DNA from: Eledone cirrhosa | Lineage: Eukaryota | Direction of reading: 5' to 3' | Length of the DNA: 64,000 nucleotides | NCBI GenBank assembly: GCA_964016885.1 | Contig: OZ024743.1 | Location: forward strand, 45,384,001-45,448,000 | In this document: positions 1-13,315 of the stretch, piece by piece | Layout: every line of letters begins with the position of its first letter | Position numbering within the stretch: the stretch's first letter is position 1 | Translations under genes and position numbers: made by a program | Notes under the pieces: generated by a model | Database searches by the model: none | Told to the model about the DNA's origin: nothing | What the model saw: only the letters and a program-made list of their open reading frames with translations

Positions 1-2724
1 AGGCGCTTAGCAAAGGCATTGCGACCGACGTACTTACGGCGAAATTGACCCTTGATAAATTCTTCAATGCAAAGCACGAAGGCTGCGTTGTCAGAGCTAG
101 GGTGCGTGCTCTCAGACACGAGGGGACGAAAGCCGTTCAATGGGCCCGAGTGGCGGAGGCGCGTCGTGGAAACAAAGCCACGATCCGGTCTTTGGTGGAC
201 CACGACGGGCGCATGCTACTCGATCCCGGGCAAATGTGTGAAGCTTTTCAGCGACACTTCGCTCAGCTGTTCGGGGGCAGCGGTGGGCCGGGTAGAGGGA
301 TGGACTTTAGTGTCTACCTCGACGGACTGCCGCGGCTCTCGGCCACTGAGGCGAAGTGTTGCGAAAAGCCGATAACAGCCGCTGAAGTAAGGGAGGCAAT
401 GACTGGCTGCACAAAGGGGTAAATCGCCTGGTTTGGATGGTCTGCCCTATGAACTTTACGTACAGATGCCAGACTTGTTCGGAGGCCTCTTGGCGGACGT
501 CTACTGCAACTGGCAACAGAACGGGAGAATTCCCAGTTCTGTGAGCCGAGGAGCGGTGGCACTGCTGAGAAAGGATCCGAACAAGGGGGATAACATAGAT
601 AATTTCCGGCCCATAACTCTGCTAAACACAGAGTTCAAGATTTTGGCCAAGGTGCTAGCAAAGAGGTTGGCGCTTGTCGTTGGTGGTCTGGTGGGAGAGG
701 CGCAGACATGCGCCATTCCCGACAGATCCATCCACGGCAACCTCCACCTCATGCGATACATCATAGAGAGGGTAGCTAAGGAACCTGGCACGGGTGGGTC
801 CTTGATCAATTTAGATCAGTCAAAAGCTTTCGATAGGGTCGACCATCGTTACCTAGCGGCAGTCCTGAGGGCGGCTGGCTTTGGGCCCGTCTTCAGAGGC
901 TGGATCGCTGCCATGCACAGCGACATCTGCTCTGTGGTGAGAGTGAACGGTCACCTGTCGGAACCGTTCAACATCATGCGCTCGGTCCGCCATGGATGTC
1001 CCCTCTCGTCCCTCTTGTATGTATTGACTCTCGAGCCATTACTGCACAAACTGGAGACGTTGAGGGGAGTCCCGCGCGAACTAGGATGCGGAAGATCCGT
1101 GTCAGCATATGCGGACGATGTCACCGTAGTGGTGTCGAACGCCAAACACATCGAAGCGATCGGCACTACACTCTAAGAGAATACGAAGCGGTGACAGGAG
1201 CAATGATCAACCAGGAAAAGTCAGTGGGACTGCAGCTCGGCACCTGGAGAGGCAGGTCTATGCCGTCCAACAGCGCGTCGGACGCTGGACGGACGGACCG
1301 GTTAAATTGCTAGGGGTCTGGTTCGGTCCGGACCTCCAGACGGACAAAAACTGGGACGAGGTGACGAGCAGGGTGGCTTCTCTCACCCAGAAATGGGCGG
1401 AGAGGAAGCTATCCCTGAAAGGTCGAGCGGAGGTGGCTAACGCGTACATCGTGTCTGTCATCTGCTACCGCCTGACCGTCGTACCTTGTCCTAAGCCTCG
1501 CCTGACTGCGCTGGAGCGTTTGCTCTTTCGCTTTTTGTGGAAGGGACGTGCTCCGATGGTCAGGCGGTCCATCTGTTGTCAACACCCGCTACGTGGAGGG
1601 CTGGGCATGCCGTGGCTGATGATGCGCAGGCACGCGCTCAGGCTACGACATCTCCACCTCTTCCTCGACGGTGATCGGGTGTGGTCGCCGTTTGCTAGAC
1701 ACGTATTTCCCCAGCTCGTTTCCTTGACGGAGCTGCAGTCCTGGGTCAAGCGAAGACCGAGAGGGAGCGCCTGGAGACTGGAATGTCTTCAGGTGCTCAC
1801 AGCCCTCGACCAATCGGGCAATGTGATCGGTGGAAACTCCACCTCGGCGTTCTATAGAGGATTAGTGGAGGGGAAGAGCGACGACGTACTTGGGGAAACT
1901 CTAGGCGTCGACGAAAATCAACTAGCCAATCTCTTCGGAAGAACTTTCGGGCCAGGGCCTATGGACAACTTCCAGAAATCTCTGGCCTGTCAGTGCTACC
2001 GAGGAGCCTTGCCAGTTCGGGATAAACTCTACAGGCATGGAGGTGCCGTCAGCCGGGCATGTCCGAGATGCGCGCAGGGCGACGAAACCGTCCTGCACGC
2101 ACTCGTCCAGTGTCCGAAAATTGCTGACTTGTGGGTTTATGTCGAACACCTGCTGTCGCGTGTAGGACGGATCCGGCTATCATCTGAGTCCATCGTGAGG
2201 ATTGCCCCGCCCTCCTCCTTTAGCCGGGAAGGACAGGCAGTTTTTATCTGTCTGGTGGCCATGGCGAAAGAGATAGTATGGTGGACACGTTTGAAAGGGC
2301 TGAAGACGAGCACTTACCTCTTCGGTGATGCTCTGATTGACTTTTTCAAATTTCATTTGAAAAGGAAAATCAGAGTAGAGAGGGAAGTGCTCTCTTCCCA
2401 GCATTTTGTTGAAAGATGGGTGAGAGAAGCAAGAATGGCCCGAGTGAATGGGCCTACTCTGAGTATATATCTGTAAATTAAAGGTGGAAAACTGGGAGAG
2501 GGCACTTGCCTTGGTGGTCAGGGTCATTGTGGCTTTTTACTGGGCTTTCTCCACAAATGTCCCTCCGAAGTCTGCCCCCGATTGGGGAATTTTTCATTGT
2601 TATTTTTTGTTACATCCTCTGTTTTTGTTTTTTACACGCAGAAATGCCCATTTGTACCGTCCTGCATTGTCCTGCACTGTCCTTAATGTCTACTTTATGT
2701 AAACCCTTGTGGTTAATAAAGAAA

Positions 2725-2726
<2 letters not shown>
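1..2726 (+). mobile_element. L1/Tx1-group non-LTR retrotransposon, 3' part of ORF2 (RT + CCHC) and 3' UTR, frameshifted
   Basis: ORFs 45..422, 433..1176 and 1307..2476 join across frameshifts. Motifs: KSPGLDG, FRPITLLNTEFKILAK, LDQSKAFDRVDH, GCPLS, YADD, and CPRC..ETVLHALVQC. AATAAA near 2714, followed by a (TTA)n tail. Confidence 0.92.

Positions 2727-2764
<38 letters not shown>
2727..2764 (+). repeat. (TTA)n tract at LINE 3' end
   Basis: Direct reading. Confidence 0.9.
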
Positions 2765-2765
<1 letters not shown>

Positions 2766-2948
2766 GAGCGGTAGGTTGGCAGTATCGTTAGAGCGTCAGA
2801 CACCATGTTTTGCAGAGTTACGGCCCTTCACGATCTGAGTTCATTTCCCGCGGAGGTTAACTTTGCCTTTCATCCTTACAGGATCGTTAAAATAAAGCAC
2901 CAGTAATGCACTGTGATAATTGCTGGCCTTGTGCCAAAAGTAGAAATA
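2765..2948 (+). mobile_element. tRNA-derived SINE, family 1
   Basis: A-box-like TTGGCAGTATCG, B-box-like GAGTTCATTTCCC, and core GTTAACTTTGCCTTTCATCCTT..AAAATAAAGCACCAGT. Recurs at ~4205, ~5340, ~15190, ~35160(-) and ~63170(-). Confidence 0.8.
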
Positions 2949-3154
2949 ATTATTATTGTTGTTTGTTCTTTGTTGAACTAAGAAGAAGGGATTTGTGAGC
3001 ACGAGAGTTTTGTCATTATTTCTATTGTGAAACTATTTTTGATTTGGAATGTTATTGTTTTTGAGATAAAGGATTTAGCTTCCGTGTGAGATGGCCATTT
3101 TTTCTATATTTGCAGCCTTTCGGGGCTACATTGGTGTTTAAACTGCTTGGAGAT

Positions 3155-4133
3155 CGCTTGGAGACTGGAATGTCTTCAGGCGCTCACAGCCCTCAGCCAA
3201 TTGAGCAGTACGATCGGTTCTATAGAGAGTTAGTGGAGAGCAAGAACGATAACGTCCTTGAGGAAACTCTGGGCATCGACGCAAATCAACTAGCTAATCT
3301 CTTCCGGAAAACTTTTGCCTCGGGGCCCATGGACAATTTCCAGAAATCTCTGGCCTGGCAGTGTTATCGAGGAGCTTTGCAGTTTGGGATAAACTTTAGA
3401 GGCATGAAAGTGCCCTCAGCCGGACCTGTCCCAGATGTGAGCCGAACGATGAAACCATCCTGCACGCACTCGTCTCGTGTTCGAGTATCACTCACTTGTG
3501 TGTTTATGTCGAACACCTGCTATCAAGTGTAGAATGGATCCGGCTATGAGCTTAGTCCATTGTGAAGATTGCCTGCCGCCTTCCTTTAGCCGGGAAGGGC
3601 AGGACATTTTTATCTGCATGGGGGTCATGAGTAAAGAGGTCCTGCATTTGACACGTTTGAAAGGGCTCACATGAACTTACCTCTTCGGTGAAGTCTTGAT
3701 TAACTTTTTCAAATTTCATTTGTAAAGGGAAATCAGGATGGAGAGGGAAATTCTCCTTTCTCCACAGTTTGTTGAAAGATGGGTGAGAAAGGCGAGCATG
3801 GTCCGAGTGAATGGGCCTGTTCTGTGTATGCGCTTATAGATTGGAGATGAAAGACTGGGAGTAAGTACATGCAGTGGGGGTCAGGGTCACCGTGGCTCTT
3901 GTGGGCTTTCTCCACGAGCGACCTTCGGAAATCTCCCCCCCCCCTTTTTGCGGAATTTTCCTTTGTTTCGATTTTGTTGTTATATCCTTTGTTTTGGGTT
4001 TGTTTTTTGTGTGTTTTTTTCTGTTTTTTGTTTTTTTCCTTTTTTTTCTTCTTATACACGCAGAAATCCATATTTGTACCGTCCTGTGCTGTCCTTAATG
4101 TATTTTTTGTAAACCCTTTTTTTGATTAATAAA
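3155..4133 (+). mobile_element. Second, degraded 5'-truncated copy of the same L1/Tx1 3' end
   Basis: Aligns by eye to ~1770-2720 (e.g. GPMDNFQKSLAWQCYRGAL). Same UTR, ending TTAATAAAGA. Confidence 0.88.
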
Positions 4134-4204
4134 GATAGCAATACTATTTTTGAATGAGAGAGTTGTAAGGCCAGAAACTGATGTCATTATTAAGAACATG
4201 TGTA

Positions 4205-4410
4205 AGGGTAGTAGATTGATAGTATCGGTAGAGAGTTGGACACTATGCTTTGCAGCATAGAGTTACCGCCCTTACCGTCTCGGTTGAAATCCTGCTGAGG
4301 TTAACTTTGCCTTTCATCCTTACGGGGTCGATAAAATAAAGCACCAGTAACGTACTGGGATCGATTTAATCGACTTTCCCCTTCCCCCAAATTACTATAC
4401 TAGAAATTGT
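4205..4410 (+). mobile_element. SINE family 1 copy
   Basis: Shared core GAGGTTAACTTTGCCTTTCATCCTTACGGGGTCGATAAAATAAAGCACCAGT. Confidence 0.75.
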
Positions 4411-4609
4411 TATTAAGAATATGTGTACTAACAGATATTTACGAAATCTAATATATGTTATCAACTCTTTCGGTCTTTCGTCTTCCTCGATATTTATTTA
4501 ATATAAAAGACAACTATCACATAATTATGTATGAAGCTTGTGTTAATCAATACAATGCAGGCGATTGTCAATTAAATGCTATTATATTCAACTCTATACA
4601 TTTAAAAAG

Positions 4610-4679
<70 letters not shown>

Positions 4680-5334
4680 CGAGACAAAATGCCTCGTCAG
4701 ACATTATTGAAATACAATTATATATTTTTGTAAAGATGGAACATGTATATTATTTATATTTATATATATATATATTGACAAACTTTCTGATAAGAGATTT
4801 TATAATAATTGTTTGTTTCTAAAACATAAAAGTTCTCAATACTTTAGCTCTTTTGTCTTACTCAATATTTATTCAATATATAAGACAGCTATCACGTAAT
4901 GATATATGCAGTTTAGATGTACAATGAGCAAAAGTTAACAGCGAAAATAATTTTCTACGTGAAATTATAAGGCAGGTGTAAATTATAGTCCTTATATCAG
5001 GAGAAACGGTTGTTGTTTTGGGTTTTTTTTTGGGGGGGGGTTTCAGGGTTACTCTTAAAAATAATAAAATCGACAGGCAAAGATCTGATTTAGTACACGT
5101 GGAATCATCGTGATTCGCACGACTATCCGTATGGCTTTTAGGCTTCGATAAATATATGTATTGTACTTAAGTATTAAAATAAATAACCCGAAAAATCAAA
5201 TATGCAGTTGCAAATTCTCATAGTTTCGTTCGTCACAAAAACATTTTGTTCTATATTTAATGCTTCGAAGTATCCGAGAGTCAATAAAGCAAAGCAAAAA
5301 CACTGTTTCATTCGAAAATCGGTACAAGCTCGAA

Positions 5335-5492
5335 TCTCATGGCAGGAGCTATGAGCAAAGAGTTACGGCCCTTTATGGTCTGAGTTCAAATCCCGCTGAG
5401 GTTAACTTTGCCTTTCATCCTTAGGTCGATAAAATAAAGTACCAGTAATACATTCGGATAATTGCTGGCCTTGTGCCAAAAGTAGAAACAAT
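5335..5492 (+). mobile_element. SINE family 1 copy
   Basis: GAGTTCAAATCCC B-box, same core, and 3' GGCCTTGTGCCAAAAGTAGAAA. Confidence 0.75.
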
Positions 5493-5676
5493 TATTGATT
5501 CATATCTCATCGTTGCATAATTAAGTTGGGTGTCACAATTTTGTAGAGAATAAACATTGTTGTATTAAATTAAATAAATCTTAAAACGGCATATGTCGAT
5601 GCAAGTTCGTATCAGTTATATGTCAAAAATAGTTTTCTCTTTCCATCCAATCCTATATTTTGATACATTACGAAAC

Positions 5677-6434
5677 ATACACACACACACACATACACAT
5701 ACGCACACACACACACACATACACACACGCACACACATACACACACATACACACATACACATACACATACAAACACACACACACAAACATACAAACACAC
5801 ACGCACACACATACACACACATACACACATACACATACACATACAAACACACACACACAAACATACAAACACACATACACACACATACCCACACACACAT
5901 ACATACATACACACGCACACATACACACACATACACACATACACACACACTTACACACACATATACACATACACACATACATACATACACATACACACAC
6001 ACATACATACATAGACATACATACACACACACACATACATACACACACAGACCTACACACATACACACACATACACACACACGCACACATACACACACAC
6101 ATACACAGACATACACACACACAATTACATACATACATACACACACATACAATCACATACACACACATACATACACACATACATACATACATACACACAC
6201 AATTACATACATACATACACACACACATACAGACAGATGCATACATACATACATACATGCATACATACATACACATACACACACACACATAGACACAGAC
6301 ACACACACAATTACATACATACACACACATACACACACACACACATACATACATACATACATACATACATACACACACACATACATACACACACACATAC
6401 ATACATACACACGCATACACACACGCACACTTAG

Positions 6435-6476
<42 letters not shown>
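5677..6476. repeat. Compound (CA)n/(CATA)n microsatellite
   Basis: Direct reading. The overlapping HT/CV ORFs are artefacts of the repeat. Confidence 0.97.
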
Positions 6477-6610
6477 TTACACAAGCAGAAAACGGTCCGG
6501 TGTAGTATTTTCTCTTTGTTATTAAATACAATTGGACATTTCAAATTAGGTTCTACCACTGAGAAACCATTTTAATTACTCTTTAAACATCACTATTCTT
6601 TAAGCAAATA

Positions 6611-6613
<3 letters not shown>

Positions 6614-6655
<42 letters not shown>

Positions 6656-6828
6656 CCCCTCTCTCTCTCCCACTTCCTCTATCCCTCTCTCTCCCTCTCC
6701 CCCTCTCTCACTCTCCTCCTCTACCGCTCTCCCTCTCTCTCCCCCTCTCTCACTCTCCTCTCTCTCTCCTCATCTTCCTCTCTCCCCCTCTCCCCCTCCT
6801 CATCTCCCTCTCCCTCTCTCTCTCCTCT
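6614..6828. repeat. (CT)n pyrimidine tract
   Basis: Direct reading. Confidence 0.95.
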
Positions 6829-7163
6829 TGGGGTGCATCTCTTACCATTCAATAATTCCAGAATTCATGACGTCAGAATAATCAAAGTATTTCTATTTCA
6901 ATAACAAATAGAAAGACAGAAAAGAGAGAAAAGGGCGAGAAATCTAAATTATAAAACGGAAGGTGGAAAAGGCGGGAACAACTATAAACCTTTGGCAATA
7001 AATCCCAGCTGCGCCCCTTAAATAAGGGGGAGAAAGCGACGCCGCAGTGAACAGCCAGCGACAGCAACTGCATCAGCCCTTCCATGTTACGGGGCTCCTT
7101 CCTCAAACATGTCTACTTAGTGATTCTCTAATTACTAATTTATGAAGGCTACTAATTCAGAGG

Positions 7164-10100
7164 GTACTAATAGTAAACTAGTAGAATACTTTTGATACTA
7201 GAGATGGAGTAAAGTGTATAGGGAGAGTACTAACAGTAAACTAGTAGAATACTTTTGATTCTAGAGATGGAGTAAAGTGTATACAGAGAGTACTAACAGT
7301 AAACTAGTAGAATACTTTTGATTCTAGAGATGGAGTAAAGTGTATACAGAGAGTACTAACAGTAAACTAGTAGAATACTTTTGATTCTAGAGATGGAGTA
7401 AAGTGTATACAGAGAGTACTAACAGTAAACTAGTAGAATACTTTTTATTCTAGAGATGGAGTAAAGTGTATACAGAGAGTACTAACAGTAAACTAGTAGA
7501 ATACTTTTGATACTAGAGATGGAGTAAAGTGTATAGAGAGAGTACTAACAGTAAACTAGTAGAATACTTTTGATTCTAGAGATGGAGTAAAGTGTATAGA
7601 GAGAGTACTAACAGTAAACTAGTAGAATACTTTTGATACTAGAGATGGAGTAAAGTGTATAGAGAGAGTACTAACAGTAAACTAGTAGAATGCTTTTGAT
7701 ACTAGAGATGGAGTAAAGTGTATACAGAGAGTACTAACAGTAAACTAGTAGAATACTTTTGATAGTAGAGATGGAGTAAAGTGTATAGAGAGAGTACTAA
7801 CAGTAAACTAGTAGAATACTTTTGATACTAGAGATGGAGTAAAGTGTATAGAGAGAGTACTAACAGTAAACTAGTAGAATACTTTTGATACTAGAGATGG
7901 AGTAAAGTGTATACAGAGAGTACTAACAGTAAACTAGTAGAATGCTTTTGATACTAGAGATGGAGTAAAGTGTATACAGAGAGTACTAACAGTAAACTAG
8001 TAGAATACTTTTGATACTAGAGATGGAGTAAAGTGTATAGAGAGAGTACTAACAGTAAACTAGTAGAATACTTTTGATACTAGAGATGGAGTAAAGTGTA
8101 TACAGAGAGTACTAACAGTAAACTAGTAGAATACTTTTGATACTAGAGATGGAGTAAAGTGTATACAGAGAGTACTAACAGTATACTAGTAGAATGCTTT
8201 TGATACTAGAGATGGAGTAAAGTGTATACAGAGAATACTAACAGTATACTAGTAGAATGCTTTTGATACTAGAGATGGAGTAAAGTGTATACAGAGAGTA
8301 CTAACAGTATACTAGTAGAATGCTTTTGATACTAGAGATGGAGTAAAGTGTATACAGAGAGTACTAACAGTATACTAGTAGAATGCTTTTGATACTAGAG
8401 ATGGAGTAAAGTGTATACAGAGAGTACTAACAGTAAACTAGTAGAATACTTTTGATACTAGAGATGGAGTAAAGTGTATAGAGAGAGTACTAACAGTAAA
8501 CTAGTAGAATGCTTTTGATACTAGAGATGGAGTAAAGTGTATACAGAGAGTACTAACAGTAAACTAGTAGAATACTTTTGATTCTAGAGATGGAGTAAAG
8601 TGTATACAGAGAGTACTAACAGTAAACTAGTAGAATACTTTTGATTCTAGAGATGGAGTAAAGTGTATAGAGAGTACTTACAGTAAACTAGTAGAATACT
8701 TTTGATTCTAGAGATGGAGTAAAGTGTATAGAGAGAGTACTAACAGTAAACTAGTAGAATACTTTTGATTCTAGAGATGGAGTAAAGTGTATAGAGAGAG
8801 TACTAACAGTAAACTAGTAGAATACTTTTGATACTAGAGATGGAGTAAAGTGTATAGAGAGAGTACTAACAGTAAACTAGTAGAATACTTTTGATACTAG
8901 AGATGGAGTAAAGTGTATACAGAGAGTACTAACAGTAAACTAGTAGAATACTTTTGATACTAGAGATGGAGTAAAGTGAGTACAGAGAGTACTAACAGTA
9001 AACTAGTAGAATACTTTTGATACTAGAGATGGAGTAAAGTGTATACAGAGAGTACTAACAGTAAACTAGTAGAATACTTTTGATACTAGAGATGGAGTAA
9101 AGTGTATACAGTGAGTACTAACAGTAAACTAGTAGAATACTTTTGATACTAGAGATGGAGTAAAGTGTATAGAGAGAGTACTAACAGTAAACTAGTAGAA
9201 TACTTTTGATACTAGAGATGGAGTAAAGTGTATACAGAGAGTACTAACAGTAAACTAGTAGAATACTTTTGATACTAGAGATGGAGTAAAGTGTATAGAG
9301 AGAGTACTAACAGTAAACTAGTAGAATGCTTTTGATACTAGAGATGGAGTAAAGTGTATAGAGAGAGTACTAACAGTAAACTAGTAGAATACTTTTGATA
9401 CTAGAGATGGAGTAAAATGTATAGAGAGAGTACTAACAGTATACTAGTAGAAGACTTTTGATACTAGAGATGGAGTAAAGTGTATAGAGAGAGTACTAAC
9501 AGTATACTAGTAGAATACTTTTGATACTAGAGATGGAGTAAAGTGTATAGAGAGAGTACTAACAGTAAACTAGTAGAATACTTTTGATACTAGAGATGGA
9601 GTAAAGTGTATACAGAGAGTACTAACAGTAAACTAGTAGAATACTTTTGATACTAGAGATGGAGTAAAGTGTATAGAGAGAGTACTAACAGTAAACTAGT
9701 AGAATGCTTTTGATACTAGAGATGGAGTAAAGTGTATAGAGAGAGTACTAACAGTAAACTAGTAGAATACTTTTGATACTAGAGATGGAGTAAAGTGTAT
9801 AGAGAGAGTACTAACAGTATACTAGTAGAATACTTTTGATACTAGAGATGGAGTAAAGTGTATAGAGAGAGTACTAACAGTATACTAGTAGAATACTTTT
9901 GATACTAGAGATGGAGTAAAGTGTATAGAGAGAGTACTAACAGTAAACTAGTAGAATACTTTTGATACTAGAGATGGAGTAAAGTGTATAGAGAGAGTAC
10001 TAACAGTATACTAGTAGAATACTTTTGATACTAGAGATGGAGTAAAGTGTATAGAGAGAGTACTAACAGTAAACTAGTAGAATACTTTTGATACTAGAGA

Positions 10101-10441
10101 TGGAGTAAAGTGTATACAGAGAGTACTAACAGTATACTAGTAGAATACTTTTGATACTAGAGATGGAGTAAAGTGTATAGAGAGAGTACTAACAGTAAAC
10201 TAGTAGAATACTTTTGATACTAGAGATGGAGTAAAGTGTATACAGAGAGTACTAACAGTAAACTAGTAGAATACTTTTGATACTAGAGATGGAGTAAAGT
10301 GTATAGAGAGAGTACTAACAGTAAACTAGTAGAATACTTTTGATACTAGAGATGGAGTAAAGTGTATAGAGAGAGTACTAACAGTAAACTAGTAGAATAC
10401 TTTTGATACTAGAGATGGAGTAAAGTGTATAGAGAGAGTAC
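7164..10441. repeat. 63-bp tandem satellite, ~52 copies (left block)
   Basis: Unit AGTACTAACAGTAAACTAGTAGAATACTTTTGATACTAGAGATGGAGTAAAGTGTATA(C/G)AGAG. Period 63 (7261 to 7324). Confidence 0.98.
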
Positions 10442-10801
10442 TGTAGCAGGAGTTGCCTCCCTTGTTGTGACACTCACAACCCAATAGATTAACGCTCTTT
10501 AGACAGGAAGTAGAACCCTTTCTGTAACTTCCGGTCAGAACCCTATAAAACTAACAACTTTAAGTTTTCTCTCTCTCAGTCGCCTTTTCGGTCAGGCGCC
10601 TCCTGGCTTTCGCCAGGAGTCAGTTTTCAGGCGTGTGTAACCCTGGCAACCAAGCGGTAACTAATAACTTTGTTTCATTCTCTCATCTATTCATTGACAT
10701 GTCAACTCTACTGTTATATATATCCACAAATTGTTAATTAAATATTATACACACAAACCACGTCTCCTTGTTACGTTCATACATACCAGTATTCTGTTAT
10801 A
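10442..10801 (+). repeat. 5' LTR (~360 bp)
   Basis: Direct repeat of 12286-12655. TATAAAA near 10544. Confidence 0.92.
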
Positions 10802-10803
10802 AT

Positions 10804-10863
10804 TGGAGACCCCCGACGTGATACGAACACGCAGCCGTTCATTGCTATAAGTGGTGACCCCGA
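10804..10863 (+). promoter_or_regulatory. Two tRNA-Trp primer-binding sites (extended 10804-10836; short 10852-10863)
   Basis: TGGAGACCCCCGACGTGATACGAACACGCAGCC and TGGTGACCCCGA are complementary to the metazoan tRNA-Trp 3' end as I recall it. Confidence 0.85.
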
Positions 10864-12285
10864 AAAAAAGAAAAAATAGCAGAATCTGGTGTTGTGTGGG
10901 TAACATTACGAATACACAGCAAATTTTATTGACAAACTATGAAAATACTCAGTCAAAGAAACGCACACACGCACATGTAAAATGTTCGTGCAGACACTCT
11001 TTTTCCCTCACGCATCCACTAACTGTCGCAGTTTGCTGTATATATATATGTTTCTCCAAGAAACGAACACACCACGCACATGTGAAATTCGCGTTCAGAC
11101 AGACTTTTTCTCTCACGCATCAACTAACTGTCGCATTTCACGATATATATATATGTTTCTCCTTTCTTACAACGAACACTTTAAAAACAAACAAACAAAA
11201 AAAAAAAAGAAATTTGATTTTTTTTTTTTAAACATTACAACAGGAACATTTATTTTCGATGAACCTCAACCATTGCCTTTTTTCATCGTTTTCTTCATCG
11301 TTCAAGTTTTTTTCAAAGTTCACACCAAAAATTTAAAAAAAAAAAATTGAACTCGCCATATTTGTTATGCTAAGTGAAGCCTTTCTTTCTTTTTCATCAT
11401 TGTCACTTTCACACACATTTTTTCAAAATGGCTGCCAACGACCTGTTGCACTATCATTTTCGCGCCATTTTCTCGCGCATTAGAAATATTATTTTTTCAA
11501 CTTAACCTTGTTTGGGCACGTGTAGGATTCTCGATTCACTGAGATTTCTCGATTCACAGAGATAACGTTTCTCGCCAAGGATTCTCCAGCCTTAAGCTAT
11601 ATTCTTCTATTTGCCTGTTTACAAATTTACCACGTAAATTTGCCGTTGAAAACAGCGCATTTATTCAGAATGCTTATTTCTTTGGGCGCTGGCCTCTTGA
11701 CCCTTCCAGGTCAACGCATTCTCAACATCGACCATCAACTTCAGCTGTTATTTCTAGCACTTTGCGCAACTCATTTTTTCTGAAAAAATTTTTTTACTGT
11801 GAATTTAAACACCGAATACGCTCACTCCGCGAGACAACAGCATCAACAACAACACAGCTTCATCAACAACCAAAACCAGCAGAACAAGCCAGAGAATTTA
11901 TTTTTGCAGCACTCTTCCTGTGAGAAAATCCATTCGGAGGTTGGAAATTTCACGATATACCACAGAACAGAAACCACTTGCATTCATTCTCTGGAACACA
12001 CTTTGTTTCCTGCTGTCATGTGATTGCACACCTGTGAACTATATTTTGTATATTTGAACTTTGAGCTCTTCTCTTACTTTATTACATTGTATCTTTGGGT
12101 GAGGGATAGATAGATGTCCAGTCGTTCTCTGGCCAAGAGCGGTTGGCTACCTTGATACCTATCATTGATTTTTGCAAACAATATTTTTTTTTTCGTAATT
12201 TTCATGCTTGTTACAACATTCTCGCCAACTTGCTACATACATATTTCATTCGATTTTTATATTTTAAAAATCTGGCGGGAAGTAA

Positions 12286-12655
12286 TGTAGCAGGAGTTTC
12301 CTCCCTTGTTGTGACACTCACAACCTCAATAGATTAACGCTCTTTAGACAGGAAGTAGAACCCTTTCTGTAACTTCCGGTCAAAACCCTATAAAACTAAC
12401 AACTTTAAGTTTTCCCTCTCCCATTCGCCTTTTCGGTCAGGCGCCTCCTGGCTTTCTGGCTTTCGCCAGGAGTTTGTATTAAAGTGTGTGTAGCCCTGGC
12501 AACCAAGCGGTAACTAATAACTTTGTTTCATTCTCTCATCTATTCATTGATATGTCAACTCTACTGTTATATATATGCACAAATTGTTAATTAAATATTA
12601 TACACACAAACCTAATCGTCTTTGTTATACTCATACAACCCAGTATTTCGCTATA
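12286..12655 (+). repeat. 3' LTR (~370 bp)
   Basis: Direct repeat of 10442-10801 with substitutions and small indels. Confidence 0.92.
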
Positions 12656-13315
12656 GTACTAACAGTAAACTAGTAGAATACTTTTGATACTAGAGATGGA
12701 GTAAAGTGTATACAGAGAGTACTAATAGTAACCTAGTAGAATACTTTTGATTCTAGAGATGGAGTAAAGTGAGTACAGAGAGTACTTACAGTAAACTAGT
12801 AGGATATTTTGTTACTAGAGATGGAGTAATGTGCATACAGAGGGTACTAACAGTAAACTAGTAGAATGCTTTTGATACTAGAGATGGAGTAAAATGTATA
12901 CAGAGAGTACTAACAGTATACTAGTAGAATGCTTTTGATTCTAGAGATGGAGTAAAATGTATACAGAGAGTACTAACAGTATACTAGTAGAATACTTTTG
13001 ATACTAGAGATGGAGTAAAATGTATACAGAGAGTACTAACAGTAAACTAGTAGAATGCTTTTGATACTAGAGATGGAGTAAAATGTATAGAGAGAGTACT
13101 AACAGTAAACTTGTAGAATTTTTTTGATACTAGAGATGGAGTAAAGTGTATACAGTCAGTACTAACAGTAAACTAGTAGAATACTTTTGATTCTATAGAT
13201 GGAGTAAAGTATATACATAAGTACTAACAGTAATATAGTAGAATACTTTTGATTCTAGAGATGGAGTAAAGTTTATAGGGAAAGTACTAACAGTAAACTA
13301 GAGAATACTTTTGAA
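12656..13315. repeat. 63-bp satellite, ~10 more diverged copies (right block)
   Basis: Same unit resumes in register after the TSD. Confidence 0.96.

Larger units (their letters stand above)
10442..12655 (+). mobile_element. Non-autonomous, non-coding LTR retrotransposon inserted in the satellite
   Basis: LTRs at 10442-10801 and 12286-12655 (TGTAGC...TATA). 4-bp TSD GTAC at 10438-41 and 12656-59. tRNA-Trp PBS at 10804. Purine tract GGCGGGAAGTAA at 12274-85. No gag or pol ORF. Confidence 0.93.

Noticed and set aside
4455-4920. Diverged ~380-bp-spaced duplication with CTGACGA and GAAA-like motifs on the minus strand
   Set aside because: The motifs do not assemble into a hammerhead; treated as an old repeat.
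5593-6531. Long ORFs rich in HT/CV/YI dipeptides, here and at 35673, 38734, 48053, 54365, 55823 and 61394-63497
   Set aside because: They are translations of dinucleotide microsatellites, which lack stop codons.
10804-10836. tRNA-Trp gene; also tRNA-like SINE heads
   Set aside because: Only the antisense 3' part including CCA is present, which makes it a PBS. No full cloverleaf seen anywhere.
7164-13315. Possible CRISPR array
   Set aside because: Contiguous identical units with no unique spacers, no cas genes, and a eukaryotic context.
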